Source: Eledone cirrhosa (Eukaryota). Taken from it: a stretch of 64,000 nt of DNA. The stretch is taken from contig OZ024758.1 in NCBI GenBank assembly GCA_964016885.1, positions 1,240,001-1,304,000 of the forward strand. Reading direction: 5' to 3'. Shown here one piece after another: positions 27,961 through 59,966 of this stretch. Numbering within the stretch: the stretch's first letter is position 1; each line of letters begins with the position of its first letter. The notes under the pieces were generated by a model. The model worked only from the letters and a program-made list of their open reading frames with translations, did no database searches and had not been told where the DNA came from. Both the position numbers and the translations under genes were made by a program.

Positions 27961-27983
27961 GAGATTAATGCTCATAAGTTTGT

Positions 27984-28120
27984 GCAAGCAATAGTGTTAC
28001 TTCATCGACGAGGAGTAATTTGGTCGTTCTTAGTATTCCTACGCCACCAATTCTAAGGGGTAGCGACTGACCAAGCACGACCAAATTACCTCGCCGCAAT
28101 AAAGTAGCACTATTGCTTGC
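27984..28120. mobile_element. Small palindromic MITE-like element
   Basis: GCAAGCAATAGTG..GTAATTTGGTCGT / ACGACCAAATTAC..CACTATTGCTTGC. Confidence 0.55.
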
Positions 28121-28353
28121 TACAAGTTGATCTTGAAAACTTTTCTACGGCATATATGTACTAGTCTTTTATTTCACAATTGTATGTAAGTAAATACTTA
28201 GAAAAAGTATTTTATTAAACTTTTCTCGATTTTAAACGTTTCCATTGATATCTTTATGAGCGTTGCCTTTAATCAAACGTTTGCTTTTGTATTCAGCTTT
28301 GCTGGTAATATCAGTCCTGATATCAGGTGGACTAATACCAGCCAACATCTAAA

Positions 28354-28545
28354 GGGCGGTGAATTGACAGTATCGGTGGAGGGTCGGACGCCATGCTTTA
28401 CAGCATAGTTATGTCCCTTTACGTTCTGAGTTCAAATCCCGTCGAGGTTAACTTTGCCTTTCATCCTTACGGGGTCGATAAAATAAAGTACCAGTAATGT
28501 ACTGGGATAATTGCTGGCCTTGTGCCAAAAGTAGAAACAATTATT
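28354..28545 (+). mobile_element. tRNA-derived SINE, full length
   Basis: GGGCGGTGAATTGACAGTATCGG ... GAGTTCAAATCCC ... GTAGAAACAATTATT. Confidence 0.88.
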
Positions 28546-29309
28546 GTTAGGGAAATTGTGGAAGTTATTTTCCTTATTTTCCGTTTCATATTACAAAACA
28601 TATAAAGGAAATTTTGTTTCCAGGTGACGGGGAAAATAAAAAGGAACTGAAAAATGTTCCACTGACCAATCAGTATATAAACAAAAAGTCCCGGAGATAT
28701 TGCTTTATATCTAATACTCTCGCTCTCCCCCCCCCCCCATCTCTATCTCCCTCTCTTCCTATCTCTCTCTCTCACTCTCTTTCTCTCCCCTCTCTATCTC
28801 CCTCTCTTCCTATCTCTCTCTGTCTCTCTCTCTCTTCCCCTCTCTCTCTCTCTATCGCTATCTTTCTCTTTCTCTATTTATCTATCACTGCCTCTCTCTC
28901 TCTTTCTCTCTCACCCCCCCCCCCAATACACGCATCTGTATATATGTATAGACACAGAAGGAAAGAGTGGAATTTATCTTATCGCTTATTTGGCACATCT
29001 ATCTTGCTCTTATTAAACTATAACTATGATTATAATGACTTTTGCAAGACAATTAGGCACTCTTTTGATTCGTTATAGATTGCCAAATAATAAAACGTGA
29101 TGTTGAATACAATAAATATTATGACATATGACCCTACGATTTGCATAAAAGTTTATACGATTCCCTGTAATATGGTAATGCCCCAATGGATGGTTCTTTC
29201 TTTCCAGAGAGCCAATCTCTATTCTATGATATCATAGAGGCTGCGAATATAACATATTTCAAGGGAGTTTTGCGTATTGGTGACCAGAAATTATTTAGAC
29301 TGCTATATC

Positions 29310-29750
29310 CTCTTCTCTTCTCCTTGAATCATCCCTCAAACGAGTTCTTGTTCCAGACTTGCCAATGTCTCATTGCAGCTAGAAGATCATGTCCAGTGAG
29401 GCCTGTATCCCTCACTACCTGAGTCTTGGTGGTTATGTTTGGACGTCTTACTCGGTGTTTTGCATCTGTTGACCAGAGAATATGTTTCTCTGTAGGCTCA
29501 TCATAGCGAGAAACATGACCGAGAAGAACCAAGAGATGTAATCGGATCGAACTTTAGATGAAACTCGTGACAGGTCACCGTTTAAATTTGTTGGTAGTGT
29601 GACTTTGCCAAGAAATGTTGAACACCACTTGTAACATCTTGTTGTAGGAACCATTTAGTCTTTTTGAGCGGGTAACACTGAAAGTCCAGGATTCTGAACA
29701 AGCAAGACAATTTCGACAACTCTATCCACAAATGTTTGTTAACCACTTGT
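29310..29750 (-). mobile_element. RTE-like LINE remnant
   Basis: LLGHVSRYDEP..HILW....RVRRPNIT...VRDTG....LLAAMRHWQVW with frameshifts. Confidence 0.65.
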
Positions 29751-30904
29751 TTCGTTTTAGGGTGTCTTTAAAATCAAGAAGAAGGTTTCAAGAAATCATT
29801 GTTCCAAATGTAAGTTCCGTAACAGAATTGCCGAAGTACAGATAACTCTCAGGTGAGATTTATGACCAGCAGATGTGTTTCGAAAGCTTTGTAGTTTGCA
29901 CGAAAATAGATATTTAAGATTGTCACTTTATCTATCCAGCTTATGTAAGTAATTGTTGCTGAAAAGAGTCTAGTATTCTGAAGTTCCCGTAGTAGAAGTC
30001 TCATGTCTCGTTGTCATACGAAATAATAGATGAAGGAGAAACCTAGCACACTCACACACCTGTTATTAACAAAATATTTTATGCCAAAAGGAAGATAAAG
30101 ACTGTATATTTTGTCCACAACATCAAATATATATATTTTTAAAGTTATCAAATTTAAAATAAATATTTATAAGACGAATGAAACTAATCTCCAAATATTA
30201 ATAATTGTTGGGTACAGCTTGTTTCAGAAATAAAGAGGAATGTGTAGAAAAAGAAAAGTATATGACAATACTTCTTAAAGTTTACACTTCTCATATATTT
30301 AAGATTTTATGTTATTGAAACGTTATGATATGTCGTCTCAGAATTTGACCTATCATTGTCTATAGTATGATTGGTGTATAGTTACATGTTACTTATTCTT
30401 CTGACAAAGGACTTTAGACATTATAGAGTAACATAATTTATTTTGTATAGGCATTATTATTATTCCAGCTTATAAGGGTGTTGATTGGTAGAATCAGTAG
30501 AGACGTCCGACAATATGCTTTGTGGTATAGAGTTACGACCCTTTACATTGTGAAATTTACTACAACACCTGAATTTTTTTTTTACGTTCTGCCACTATTG
30601 CTCAGATCAGTGAGAACTATTTCATGGTAAACAACCTCTCTTCATTCAATAGTTATCTCCCATGATATAAATGTCTATTTAAGATATCTTAAACGTTGAT
30701 GGGAATCACTCAGGGATTGAGAAGTATTTCAAATACCATGTAAATGGTAACCTTAGTGGACTGTTGCGAATCAACTATAATGTGGAATGGTAGAATTATT
30801 AGAATGCTGGATACCGGTCATAACTGGCCATTCATACTGATGTTAAGGTATTTTTCTCAAAGTAAATAATATCAAAATCTCATAGATTCAATATTATGAG
30901 AAAT

Positions 30905-31030
30905 AATATAATAATGAAATGATTGTGTTCAGTGCACAGGTGCACTACAACTCATCAAAGGTGTATGTATAGTACATAGAATAATAAACAAATGTCAGGG
31001 AAGTGAATAATGTATGAGTCATGATATACA
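30905..31030 (-). mobile_element. CR1-like 3' UTR fragment
   Basis: Aligns with 34955..35075 (CAGGTGCACTACAACTCATCAAAGGTG...). Confidence 0.6.
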
Positions 31031-32324
31031 TAATATAAATGCTAAAGGTTTAAATGTCACTTGGTGTTTTTAGTAGAATTCACTTCGTTGCAAGTATTCA
31101 GGCCTAATGTGCAGATACCTCTTACCTCCATCAGTCACAGAAACCAGGAAGCAGATCGTGAGGGCTGTCCTTCTGTCTCTGTATAAAATTCAAAAAAGAA
31201 AAACAAAACTTTCATCTCACGTAACTAATAAATAGACAAATATCAAGATAGACCGGGCATTGTATTGCACTTGGAGTAGTTAGAACTATCTGTAAGGGAA
31301 ACATTCTCTGTACTGTAGGTAAAGAAATGACCCTTCCATTTTACAGTAGCAGTTCGGAGTCCTTAGCTTTTATATGAAAATTGACATTTAATTTGGTTAA
31401 ACAGACCGAAAAAGAAACTATAAATGCCATAAATGAGAAGAAAAGGAGGAAAGCAAGGGCTCCTAGATAAATGAAGAAAGATAGGGGGAAGGGGAGAAGG
31501 TTACAGACTCTACACCTAGGTGTGAGCAGTGAGAAAGAGACACAGCGGAAAAATCGACTCCAGTATTTAACTGGTATTTGTTTTATTGACCTCGAATGGA
31601 TGAAAGGCAAGCACTATTAACTACAAGGGCAATTTACCGCTGTTGTGTCACATTACTGGGTTTTAACCTTTTACCACAATCCAAAATATTTCTTTATTTA
31701 GTTCATACAAAATTCCATTAAACTAATCTCGAAAAATCTAAATAATAATATGTATGATATAGATACTCGCCCTATATTGATGAATATGTAGTGTTAATCT
31801 AGTCACTCTAGGGAGATTTGAGAAATTATTATTCTAGAAAGATAAACTCTCAAGCCCTTTTCTGTAAAACAACTGACCTCTATTTTCACAAAATCAGGGC
31901 ACTATTTAACATTGACATATAAGGGAGGCTTATTTTACCTGTCAATTAATTAATTTATTTACTTTACAATTAGTTACAGTTGTCTCAATATAAACAAAAC
32001 ATGAAGTTACCAATAATTAGATGAGATAACAAATATATTCGGTTGTGTTAGGGGAAGTTATCATAATGTAAGGCGTGTAAATATATTTCTTAGTTAGAGT
32101 AAAAAGCAATAGTATATATATATATATATATATAAATGTACGTTAAAACTATCCACAACGCAGAGTACTCACAAGCTCTAACTGGATTACCTTAAACGAT
32201 ACCTTGTTATCCTATATAATAATTTTATAGAGTTTTCGGTTAGTTAATATTATTTCAGTCAATTTCAGTGGCTTGGCTTTTTATTTATTTGTTTATAATT
32301 TCTTTTTCTTTTTCTTTTCTTTTA

Positions 32325-32421
32325 TTTTCTTTTCTTTTCTTTTCTTTTCTTTTCTTTTCTTTTCTTTTCTTTTCTTTTCTTTTCTTTTCTTTTCTTTTCT
32401 TTTCTTTTCTTTTCTTTTCTT
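32325..32421. repeat. (TTTTC)n microsatellite
   Basis: Direct reading. Confidence 0.9.
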
Positions 32422-32965
32422 CCCCTATTTAAATTATTGTTTGTTTTTGTTTGTTTCTCTTACATTTCAATTTTCTTCAAATACATTATTTTTGAATAGG
32501 TAGCTATCTCTGTAAACTTATCTCTAAATATTCATTTATTCATAACCACTTTGTAGTGTGTAACATAAGACATCTAGATATAACTAGGTATAACAACTAC
32601 AACACCGACACAGAACAAAAACAACTACATATATTAAGAAGTACAAAGTCAACGAGTTTGATGTACATAATTAATATATAACATATGAAACTTACTTTCA
32701 ATGCATGTATGAATTTGTAAGGACAAACTGATCTGGATATACTAGAATGTCATTTGAGATAAATAGTGTTCGTGGGAAGTTTTTCACTTTGTCTTTACAG
32801 TTAAATAAATCGCTGACTCGGGGAAATATTACACCAATTCTCCACTCCATGAATATCTACATCACATTGTAGAGTGAAGAGAAGCTATTGTTTAAAACTT
32901 TAAAGATTATTTGATCAGGGTTTACATATATGAAAAGGTATGGAATTTATTACTAATTTATTGCG

Positions 32966-33085
<120 letters not shown>

Positions 33086-33431
33086 AGAAGTTCTATTTAA
33101 ATTGTTGAGATACAAGAAGCAAATATTTTTATAACTGATATAAAGCACTCAACAAATAATTGGAGTAAAAATACGATATTAACAAATGGAAACTATATTT
33201 CATTATACATAAAACTGCTCTATATTTTATTTTATCTGATGAAAGCACACCATAATTTAACTTGGTGTCCCTGAAATATGTATAATGAAATAAATATGGT
33301 TTTATAAATATAGTTTCCATTTGATAATATCGTATATATATATATATATATATATAAGAAACAGTCTTCTTTTTTTTTTCTCCGTCTTTTTCTTCTATTT
33401 TTTTACTTCTCCTTTTTCTTCTTTTTCTTCT

Positions 33432-33447
33432 TTGTTGTTGTTGTTGC

Positions 33448-33526
<79 letters not shown>

Positions 33527-33563
33527 CTTCTTCTTCTTCTTCTTCTTCTTCTTCTTCTTCTTC
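33432..33563. repeat. (TTG)n-(TTC)n compound microsatellite
   Basis: Direct reading. Confidence 0.9.
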
Positions 33564-33720
33564 ACCCTCTATATGTTTGTCATGGTGCCTTCTCGTCTTC
33601 ATCGTTTAGCCAAGTGCCTTATGGAGAGAATTCAGAAATGAGGAAATACATCCAACGTCATTCCTGTAGCCAGCACATAACTTTCCTTTACAGTCTGGGG
33701 ATATCACCTCATATTTAACC

Positions 33721-33900
33721 TCTAAAATTGACTTATTTCGATCTAAAACTGACTTATTTCGATCTAAAATTGACTTATTTCGATCTAAAACTGACCTATT
33801 TTGATCTAAAATTGACTTGTTTCGATCTAAAACTGACCTATTTTGATCTAAAATTGACTTATTTCCATCTAAGACTGACTTATTTCGATCTAAAATTGAT
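33721..33900. repeat. 21-bp minisatellite (TCTAAAATTGACTTATTTCGA) x~8.5
   Basis: Direct reading. Confidence 0.9.
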
Positions 33901-34944
33901 CTACATGCTATGCAACTCTACCATTGCTACGGGATGTATCTATGTATTTACATATTCGTAGTGTACCACCGGAGCGTTAGAAACACCATGGATATATCTA
34001 ACAGATCTAGGACTATAGACACCATCTTGGCTATGGGAGAGTAGGTGTGGAGTGTCGAGGTTTTTCCTTAACCGGTTACCCATATGTTGTATGATATATG
34101 CTGAAGTCATCTTTCTATCTGTTGTTACGTGCCGTGTTGTAAACTTCAACTCTTCTTAGAAACCCACTTTAAATAGCAATGTCTTCTCTCGTTTTTCAAT
34201 AGATTCACTTTTAGAAGTGATCCTATATCTGGATTTAAGATATTCTTTATGAGGTTCGGCCTTTGATTGTCTAGAATGTCCCTTCATGAGCATGAAACTA
34301 TATCTCATTTTTTAGGTCGGGTCCTGCTGTTATTTGTGTCGTTGGTTTTGGTATTATGTGGCCTAATGATGGTGATGTTTGTGTGACTATTTTTGTTCGT
34401 GTTTTGGCTACAAATGACACTGGTATGCTTTTTAATGTCACTGGATCCATCATCCCTTGCGGTAGAGGGGTGATCTACTGACAACGATAAGTGCTTACTG
34501 TAAACAAACGATGTCATAATAACTATTAAATAAGAATCTATATATACATTTCTGTGATTTTGCCACAACACATAAAGAGGGGGAGGAGTAGTTTGATTAC
34601 CTCATACTACTCCTCTCACTTTACGTCTGCTGCCTGTGTGAATGTATGTGTGCGTAAAAGAAAGGAAGAGGGTGGTGAAAAAACGTACGACAAAATAGTG
34701 GCTGTCGCTTCATTTGCTATGCTGTGTTATTTGTTAAAAGTAGTATTTTCAAGGTAGATAATTCTACTTTCCTTTTATTGTTCTAAGGGAAATAACTCTA
34801 GAAAATCTGCAGCTATATTTCCCTACTGCAAATCCTAATTCAGTTTGTTCTTCTTATATATGCATATACATATACATACATATTTACACACACACACACA
34901 CTGTCGCACGTTCACACACACACACACGCACACACACATATATA

Positions 34945-35220
34945 TAATAATAATAATAATGAAATTATTGTGTACAGTGCTCAGGTGCACTACAACTCAT
35001 CAAAGGTGCATGTATAGTACATAGAATAATATACAAATGTCAGAGAAGTGAATAGTGTATCAGTCACAATATACATGTGTGCGTGTGTATGGAGGGGGGA
35101 TATTAGGTGTAGTGTTGGCGAATCTCAGGAAATATGGAGGTTTTAAAGGATACAGTGTCTCGACAGCTAACAACTGATGCAGGTAGTTTGTTCCATGTTC
35201 AGCAACTCTGAGCACGAAAA
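34945..35220 (-). mobile_element. CR1-clade LINE 3' end
   Basis: Minus strand [13 protein letters not shown] in one frame and [27 protein letters not shown] across a frameshift, matching the CR1 RV..WN.LP..VV motif; 3' UTR ending in (ATT)n. Second copy of the UTR at ~30905..31030. Confidence 0.65.
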
Positions 35221-35548
35221 TACATATTATATATATACATATATATATATATGTATGTATGTATATATCTATGCATGTATATGTATGTATATATCTATGC
35301 CTGTATATGTATGTATATATCTATGCATGTATATGTATGTATATATCTATGCATGTACATGTATGTATGTATGTACGTATATATGTATGTATGTATATAT
35401 GTATATATATGTATATATATGTATGTATGAATATATGTAAGTATAAATGTATGTATATACGTTTATATGTATGTATTTGAAAATTAAACATACATTATGC
35501 TTAGTGTTTTTGTTCACTTTTCATTGAATTCTGTGTTGTAGATCAGAC

Positions 35549-53033
<17,485 letters not shown>

Positions 53034-53143
53034 CCCCTCACAATATATATTATGAACATTCACAAACATACAACAATACATATGGAAAATAATAATTAAT
53101 TGTAAACTGAAATTGTAATGCTTTCTTATGTTGTACTAAATAC

Positions 53144-53149
53144 AATAAA
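53144..53149 (+). terminator. Candidate polyadenylation signal of SLC23-like gene
   Basis: AATAAA ~110 nt after the stop, followed by a GT-rich tract (CTTGTTTGTGG). Confidence 0.45.
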
Positions 53150-53833
53150 TATCTTGTTTGTGGTAACGGTAAATCTTGTAACTACTTGTGCCATTGGGAC
53201 TCACTGAAATGTTGGTTTCATGTAACATATAGCAAGTCATACTAAGTAACGACAACTCCGTCATTGGTTTCCAATTATCCGATATTCCATTATCCAATCT
53301 ATATTGATATCATCGGCTTTTATGTTTTTAATGCATATCATATTAAATATATTAGGTGTTCTTACATTAAATTGTTCATATTTCCCGTCCTTTATAAGGT
53401 TGGTATAATGAGAGAATTCATTATTTTTGCCGTTGTCGAAATAAATCTTTTCACTTTACACCATTTTTCTCCATTGTCAATCAAGTATACATCTATCTAT
53501 ACATAATCAATAAGTTCAAACATCTGATATTAGTACTCTTCTGCAAAAGAAGCAATTCTTCATCCGATGATAGCTACAGGTGGTTTCTTACATACATTGA
53601 TAGAAAGTTTACGAACACGGTGTCAAAATCAATTAATTTCTGATTGACTGTAGAATATTGATCAGTTATCTAATAACCTAGCAAATTGTTTAACTACTAA
53701 ATGTTTCATAATCCGTTAAACTTTGTTTACAATAAATAACACTATGTAAATCCCGTTTGGTAAATGTAAATAGAGGAATGTCTTCAAATATATATATGTA
53801 CATTGAATGTCTTCACATATATATATACATAGA

Positions 53834-53865
<32 letters not shown>

Positions 53866-54005
53866 AAGGCTATGGGCGCGCTATGGATAGATGTTCTGTT
53901 TATAATGCGCCGAAACATTCATGATGCGGTGTAAACAGCTGACGAGGGGAAACTGTCCATCACTTGTTTGTGTCGCCTTATCTTCTAACACTATATATAT
54001 ATATG

Positions 54006-54096
<91 letters not shown>

Positions 54097-54185
54097 CAGA
54101 TTAAAGTTTAAGCAAAGAAACGCTATTACTATATATATATATATAGTAATAGCGTTTCTTTGCTTAAAATTTAAAATTTAATCTG

Positions 54186-54274
<89 letters not shown>

Positions 54275-55320
54275 GGAAAATGTTCAAGACCCCGACAGCA
54301 GACCTCAAGCCGTTTCGACGGCTATTTCTGGACTATATATATATATATATATATATACGTGAATATACATCTATATATATAGTAACGCATGCAAGATGTC
54401 ACAGCCCTAACACCACTTCCTCATTGTAAGCCTATGAATCTTTCAGTCCAGCCTCGTGAGTTTGAATGGTTATTTGATTACATTAGTTTCATTTAAAGTT
54501 TCATTGGCCCCGTGAAATATTTGGTGTTCATGTATCAAGGATGAACTATACTGAAGTAGGCCTTTCAACCCGGGGGTCTTTGACTACAACAAGGAATTAC
54601 CTATGTGTCTGTAACATAAAATATTTCAGACCTTTATTGAGCCGCCGTAACCGTTATGACCGAGAGAATACAAGCAGACTTCATCAATTCCAATGTTATC
54701 TAGAACTATTGACTTGTGACGAAAGGTTGATTGTTTAATGGAAACTTACCTCTGGTCGAGAGTTATGCTAATCCCAGATCAACAGAGATGGAATTTATTC
54801 ATATATTTCATCTGATTTTACACGTAAATCAATATATATAAATTACACTGGATTATGTCGTTAAATATATCGTCACCAGACATATGTGTCATATAAATGA
54901 GAGCTTAAAGAAATAATTATGTACACAAATCGTGACAGTTGTCTTGAGATTATTTCTATATAGCCGACAAGGTGGCATAGACACACGTACACACACATAT
55001 GTTCTTGTAGGTGTGTGTGTGTGTGAATTGTGTCAGCAAAACTGGAAGAAACTAAATAATGTTCTTGATGTTAATGTTGTGGTCAGCCATGTTGTTTTAT
55101 AGTAAATGTTTGGAAGGTGAATTCAATTTTTAGACGAATATCTCTAGGATTTCGAATAAAACGTATCTTCAATGAATACCATCAGAGGAATTTGTAGTTA
55201 TTTAACAAGGATGGTATTTGTGGTATTATTGTTGTTGGTGATAGCATTGAAATTAAATGTTATGAATAATCTCCCTTGCCACATGTGTGACAGCTCGCGT
55301 CGAAGATGTATGCATGTGTG

Positions 55321-55429
<109 letters not shown>

Positions 55430-55466
55430 GTATATATATACAGATATAACTATATATATATAACTA

Positions 55467-55510
<44 letters not shown>

Positions 55511-55614
55511 ATATAGTTATATATAGTTATATATATATATATAGTTATATCTGTATATATATACACATATATATATATATATATATACACACATGCATAC
55601 ATCTTCGACGCGAG

Positions 55615-55660
<46 letters not shown>

Positions 55661-55824
55661 TATATATGTGTGTGTATATATATATATACTGTACATATAT
55701 ATATATGCTGTATATATACAGATATAACTATATATATATATATATATATAACTCTGTGTATGTATATATATATATATATATGCTGTATATATGCAGATAT
55801 GACTATATATATATATATATATAA

Positions 55825-56125
<301 letters not shown>

Positions 56126-56338
56126 TGAATGCATTAAGAAAGTAGTGAGAAGCAATTAAAAAGACGCCAATCGTTACTTGTACAAAATAATTCAATTAGC
56201 AGCCGTTTTTCCTGGTCTTCTCTATATTGTGACATTTTACACGTTTACATCGCTCAATCATTTTCTTTTATTTTTCAAAGTAAAGGTGAAAGAGTCGAGT
56301 CCTTTGGTTGCGTGTATTTGTCAGACATTCTTTTACAG

Positions 56339-56698
56339 AGGGCGGGGGATTGGCAGTATTGGTAGAGCGTCAGCTACCTGCTTTGCAGCATAGAGTTATG
56401 GCCATTTACGTTATGGCCCTGAGTTCAAATCCTGCCGAGGTTAACTTTGCCTTCCATCCTTACGGGGTCGATAAAATAAAGTACCAGTAATACACTGGGT
56501 AATTGCTGACCTCGTGCCAAAAGTAGAAACTTTATTAAAAGAGGGTGGCGGATTGGCAGTAAAGGGTTGGACGCCATGCTTTGGAGCATAAAGTTACGTC
56601 CCTTTACGGTCTGTGTTAACTTGCCTTTCATAAAATAAAGTACGAGTAATGCACTGGAATAATTGCTGGCCTTGTGCCAAAAATAGGAACAATTATTC
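56339..56698 (+). mobile_element. Two tandem tRNA-derived SINEs
   Basis: Family match at 56339..56535 and 56541..56698. Confidence 0.85.
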
Positions 56699-56734
56699 AC
56701 AGATGATTCTTTCCTTCCCTCTGTCACTGCCTAC

Positions 56735-57020
56735 TCTCTCTCACCCACTATCCCACCCTATTCTCTCTCTCCCCCTGTCTCTCTCTCTCACCCCCTATCC
56801 CACCCTATTTTCTCTCTCCTCCTCTCTCTCTCTCACCCACTATCCCACCCTATTTTCTTTCTCCCCCTGTCTCTCTCTCTCACCCACTATCCCACCCTAT
56901 TCTCTCTCTCACCCTCTCTCTCTCTCACCCACTATCCCACCCTATTATCCCTCTCACCACCCTCTCTCACCCACTATCCCACCCTGTTCTCTCCTCTCAC
57001 CCCATCTCTCTCCCACACCC
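56735..57020. repeat. CT-rich minisatellite (TCTCACCCACTATCCCACCCTATT + (CT)n)
   Basis: About 6 variable copies. Confidence 0.85.
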
Positions 57021-59262
57021 ACTTCCCCTTTGTCTGGCTAACTCTTTCAATTATTGCTTCCCTGTCTCTTTATTCATATTGTCACATATCAATCCCTAAT
57101 TCGATCTATCTACTTCTCAATCAATCAATTTACCTCTCTTTGCACACACACACACATACACACACACACAATTCATCTCTCTCTCTCTCTGGCTGTCGAA
57201 TGATCTGTCTGCATCTTTGTATATTACTATAGCTATAAACTAATGGTGCTTTCATAGTCGTTTGTTTCAATGTCTACTGCAGAATAGAATTATAGATTTT
57301 ATTGAACGCGGTATGAATTAGATAAATGTAAACATGTTGCTTCTTTGTCAATGACCAGCAACTGTGTGGCAAGAATATAAATGGCAGGATGAAAAACCTT
57401 GACCTGGTTATGACATTCTCTAACCCAGGACATCATTATCCTAAGTGCAACACCCTTTACCATCAAGTCAAACACAGAGAAAATATGAGGATTATTGGAT
57501 CATCTGCTGTTTATCAAATCTCAATAAGGACCTTAGACAGACTAGATATCACGTTGCGCCAGTATACTCAGCTGAAAATGAATACCAGTAATAGCTGGGG
57601 GTTTAAACCTGCGATGGACTGGTGATTCATTCAAGTAGAGGCGCTACCTAGAGTGACTCTCTGATCTCCGAGTTATGCACTTTATCGAGTAACGTTACCC
57701 CCAAATAACCTTTGGAGGAATTTAAGCCGCTTGTATTCGAGATCGTATTCTTTCGGTTATTACCCAAGATTCATGGCCATTTTGATTACAAAGTGGACAT
57801 TTTAACCAATCAGCCATGCCGTGTCCACTGAGAAATATATAAATGGGAGCTGTGGAATTCACATTTGGTTAGCATACAGCTAACCATACAGCCAACCAAC
57901 TGGAACACGTAATAGAGTAAGACTACGAATAGATTCAATTCTACTACATGGGCTGATATTTTAGTAAACGATAGACTCAGTCAATTCTATTTATCTGGAA
58001 AATATTAAGGACAACTGCTATGAAACAAACCCCCATGCTGTCCAAATCTCATCACCCACAACCATTTACCAACCAGTGGATGTTTTCTGCCATAAATGAG
58101 AGTTCTCCAACGTCGATCGTTTTTACCTATCTTTAATAAGCTAAGAAATAACTAATGAACCATACAACAGAAAAGTAATGGGATAATTTTTTTCTTTCTT
58201 ATTGATATTGTTGTTTTGTTGTTTTTGCTATTTAAATGTAAATTAAATAAATGAAATGACTAATTAAAAGCAAGTGTCCATATATCTTTAAGCTAATTGC
58301 TATCTTCTTAAAGTACATTAAAGTGTCTGATAATAACGGCCTGAGAGTTGTAGGAAACAACACGCTATTCATTGAAAAATAATTGTTCTACCACTTAACG
58401 GCACATCAAGGCTAGTTGTTTTGTTTTTTCTCTCCTTTCTTAGTGATAGTAATGATAGTAATTACAAAACGTTGTGATGATGATTCTTCCAGGAAACGTA
58501 GGAAGAGTGAAAGAAAATTAAAACCACAAAAGAAATAATCTATTTGTAGAAACTTGTTTTTAATTGATTTTACATTTGACATGCATTTTACAGATATTTT
58601 TTCCTTCATTTATTTTTTTCATTCTTCTATATTCAACAGTTTGCGGCTGTATATCTGTAATGCATCTCAGCAATTAGTAAGTTAACATCTTTTAAAGGGT
58701 TGCTGTTACTTGAAATTTTATAAAACTTAAAATAATATAATTTCGATTGCGGCCCCATTTTATGTCTCTGAGCATACATTATGGTGACTGTAATATATAC
58801 GTGTCGATCATCATTCTTCTTAGGCCAAGACTAACACGTGACACTAAATAACACACTGCATAAAAAATACATTCTTAAATAAGCAAATATGAATGTGTAT
58901 ATGTATGTCTGTCTTTATGTGTGTATGAATGTATGTGTGTATGAATGTGTGTATGTGGTTATAGATGGATAGATAGATAGATGGATGGATATACATACAT
59001 ACATACATATACATTCGATTTTGTTTTCTTTTTGTCTTTACTCGGCCTTTTTTTCTGTATATCCTTTGTGATCCCGTCTCTATTTTGTATTCCTGAAGAA
59101 GGGCTCAAGCCAGACATGTCTAGCATTCAGAAGCGGGATTTAACGAAATTTGAGGATTCATGTATCTTTAAATACAATATTATAATCATGGAGGGTACTG
59201 GACAAGGACGTAAACACCACGAATACCATTAACATAACATTGAATACGAAAATAGATCTTAC

Positions 59263-59335
59263 TCCATCTGATGAAAATATGCTAGGGGGTTATTACATAA
59301 CCACACTCTCGCATGTTTGAAATACGAATAATGGA
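59263..59335 (+). ncRNA. Type I hammerhead candidate with extended stem II
   Basis: TCCAT-CTGATGA-AAATATGC...GCATGTTT-GAAA-TACGAA-TA-ATGGA; stems I and II complementary. Confidence 0.7.
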
Positions 59336-59406
59336 ATTATGTACGAATAAATATGCATATATGTATACATATATATATACATGTATACATATATATACAT
59401 GTATAC

Positions 59407-59438
<32 letters not shown>

Positions 59439-59477
59439 GTACATACGCACATACATATACATACATACATATATATA

Positions 59478-59590
59478 CATGGCTGAGTGGTTTGAGAATT
59501 GGATTCGCAATCGTAAGGTTGTGAGTTCGATTCCTGGACCAGGCGATGCGTTATGTCCTTGAGCAAGACACTTTATTTCACGTTGCTCCT
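59478..59590 (+). mobile_element. Second tRNA-derived SINE family
   Basis: TGGCTGAGTGGT A-box, GAGTTCGATTCC B-box, GTCCTTGAGCAAGACACTT core. Related copy at 61058..61320. Confidence 0.7.
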
Positions 59591-59688
59591 TCTACCTGGA
59601 GTTGCGACCGATAGATAGTATTAGCAATTGGAAAGACCAACGGAAACATTGTTCCCTCGGTCCGATTTGACGAAAGTCGATCGCCTTT

Positions 59689-59728
<40 letters not shown>

Positions 59729-59919
59729 AAATGATGTAATCCTTTCAATTGTATATATGTGACGATGATATTTTTTATCTCTATATGTTTTTCATTTTGT
59801 TTATATTATGATGCACATCCATAATCTTTCTGAAGGAAAAGTATATTATATGTATTCTCCCACTGATTCTCTCTCCCTCTCTCTCTCTATATATATATGT
59901 ATATGTATATATATATATG

Positions 59920-59966
<47 letters not shown>

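Noticed and set aside
33129-33641. Poly-E/poly-Q ORF
   Set aside because: Compound (TTG)/(TTC) microsatellite with no recognisable flanking domain.
53870-53965. Additional hammerhead (GGCGC..GCGCC-GAAAC; CTGACGAGGGGAAAC)
   Set aside because: The elements do not assemble into one consistent fold. Similar degraded candidates at ~6785-6855, ~23575-23625 and ~59088-59125 were also left uncalled.
59478-59545. tRNA gene
   Set aside because: A/B boxes are present but there is no complete acceptor stem, and it continues into a SINE core.
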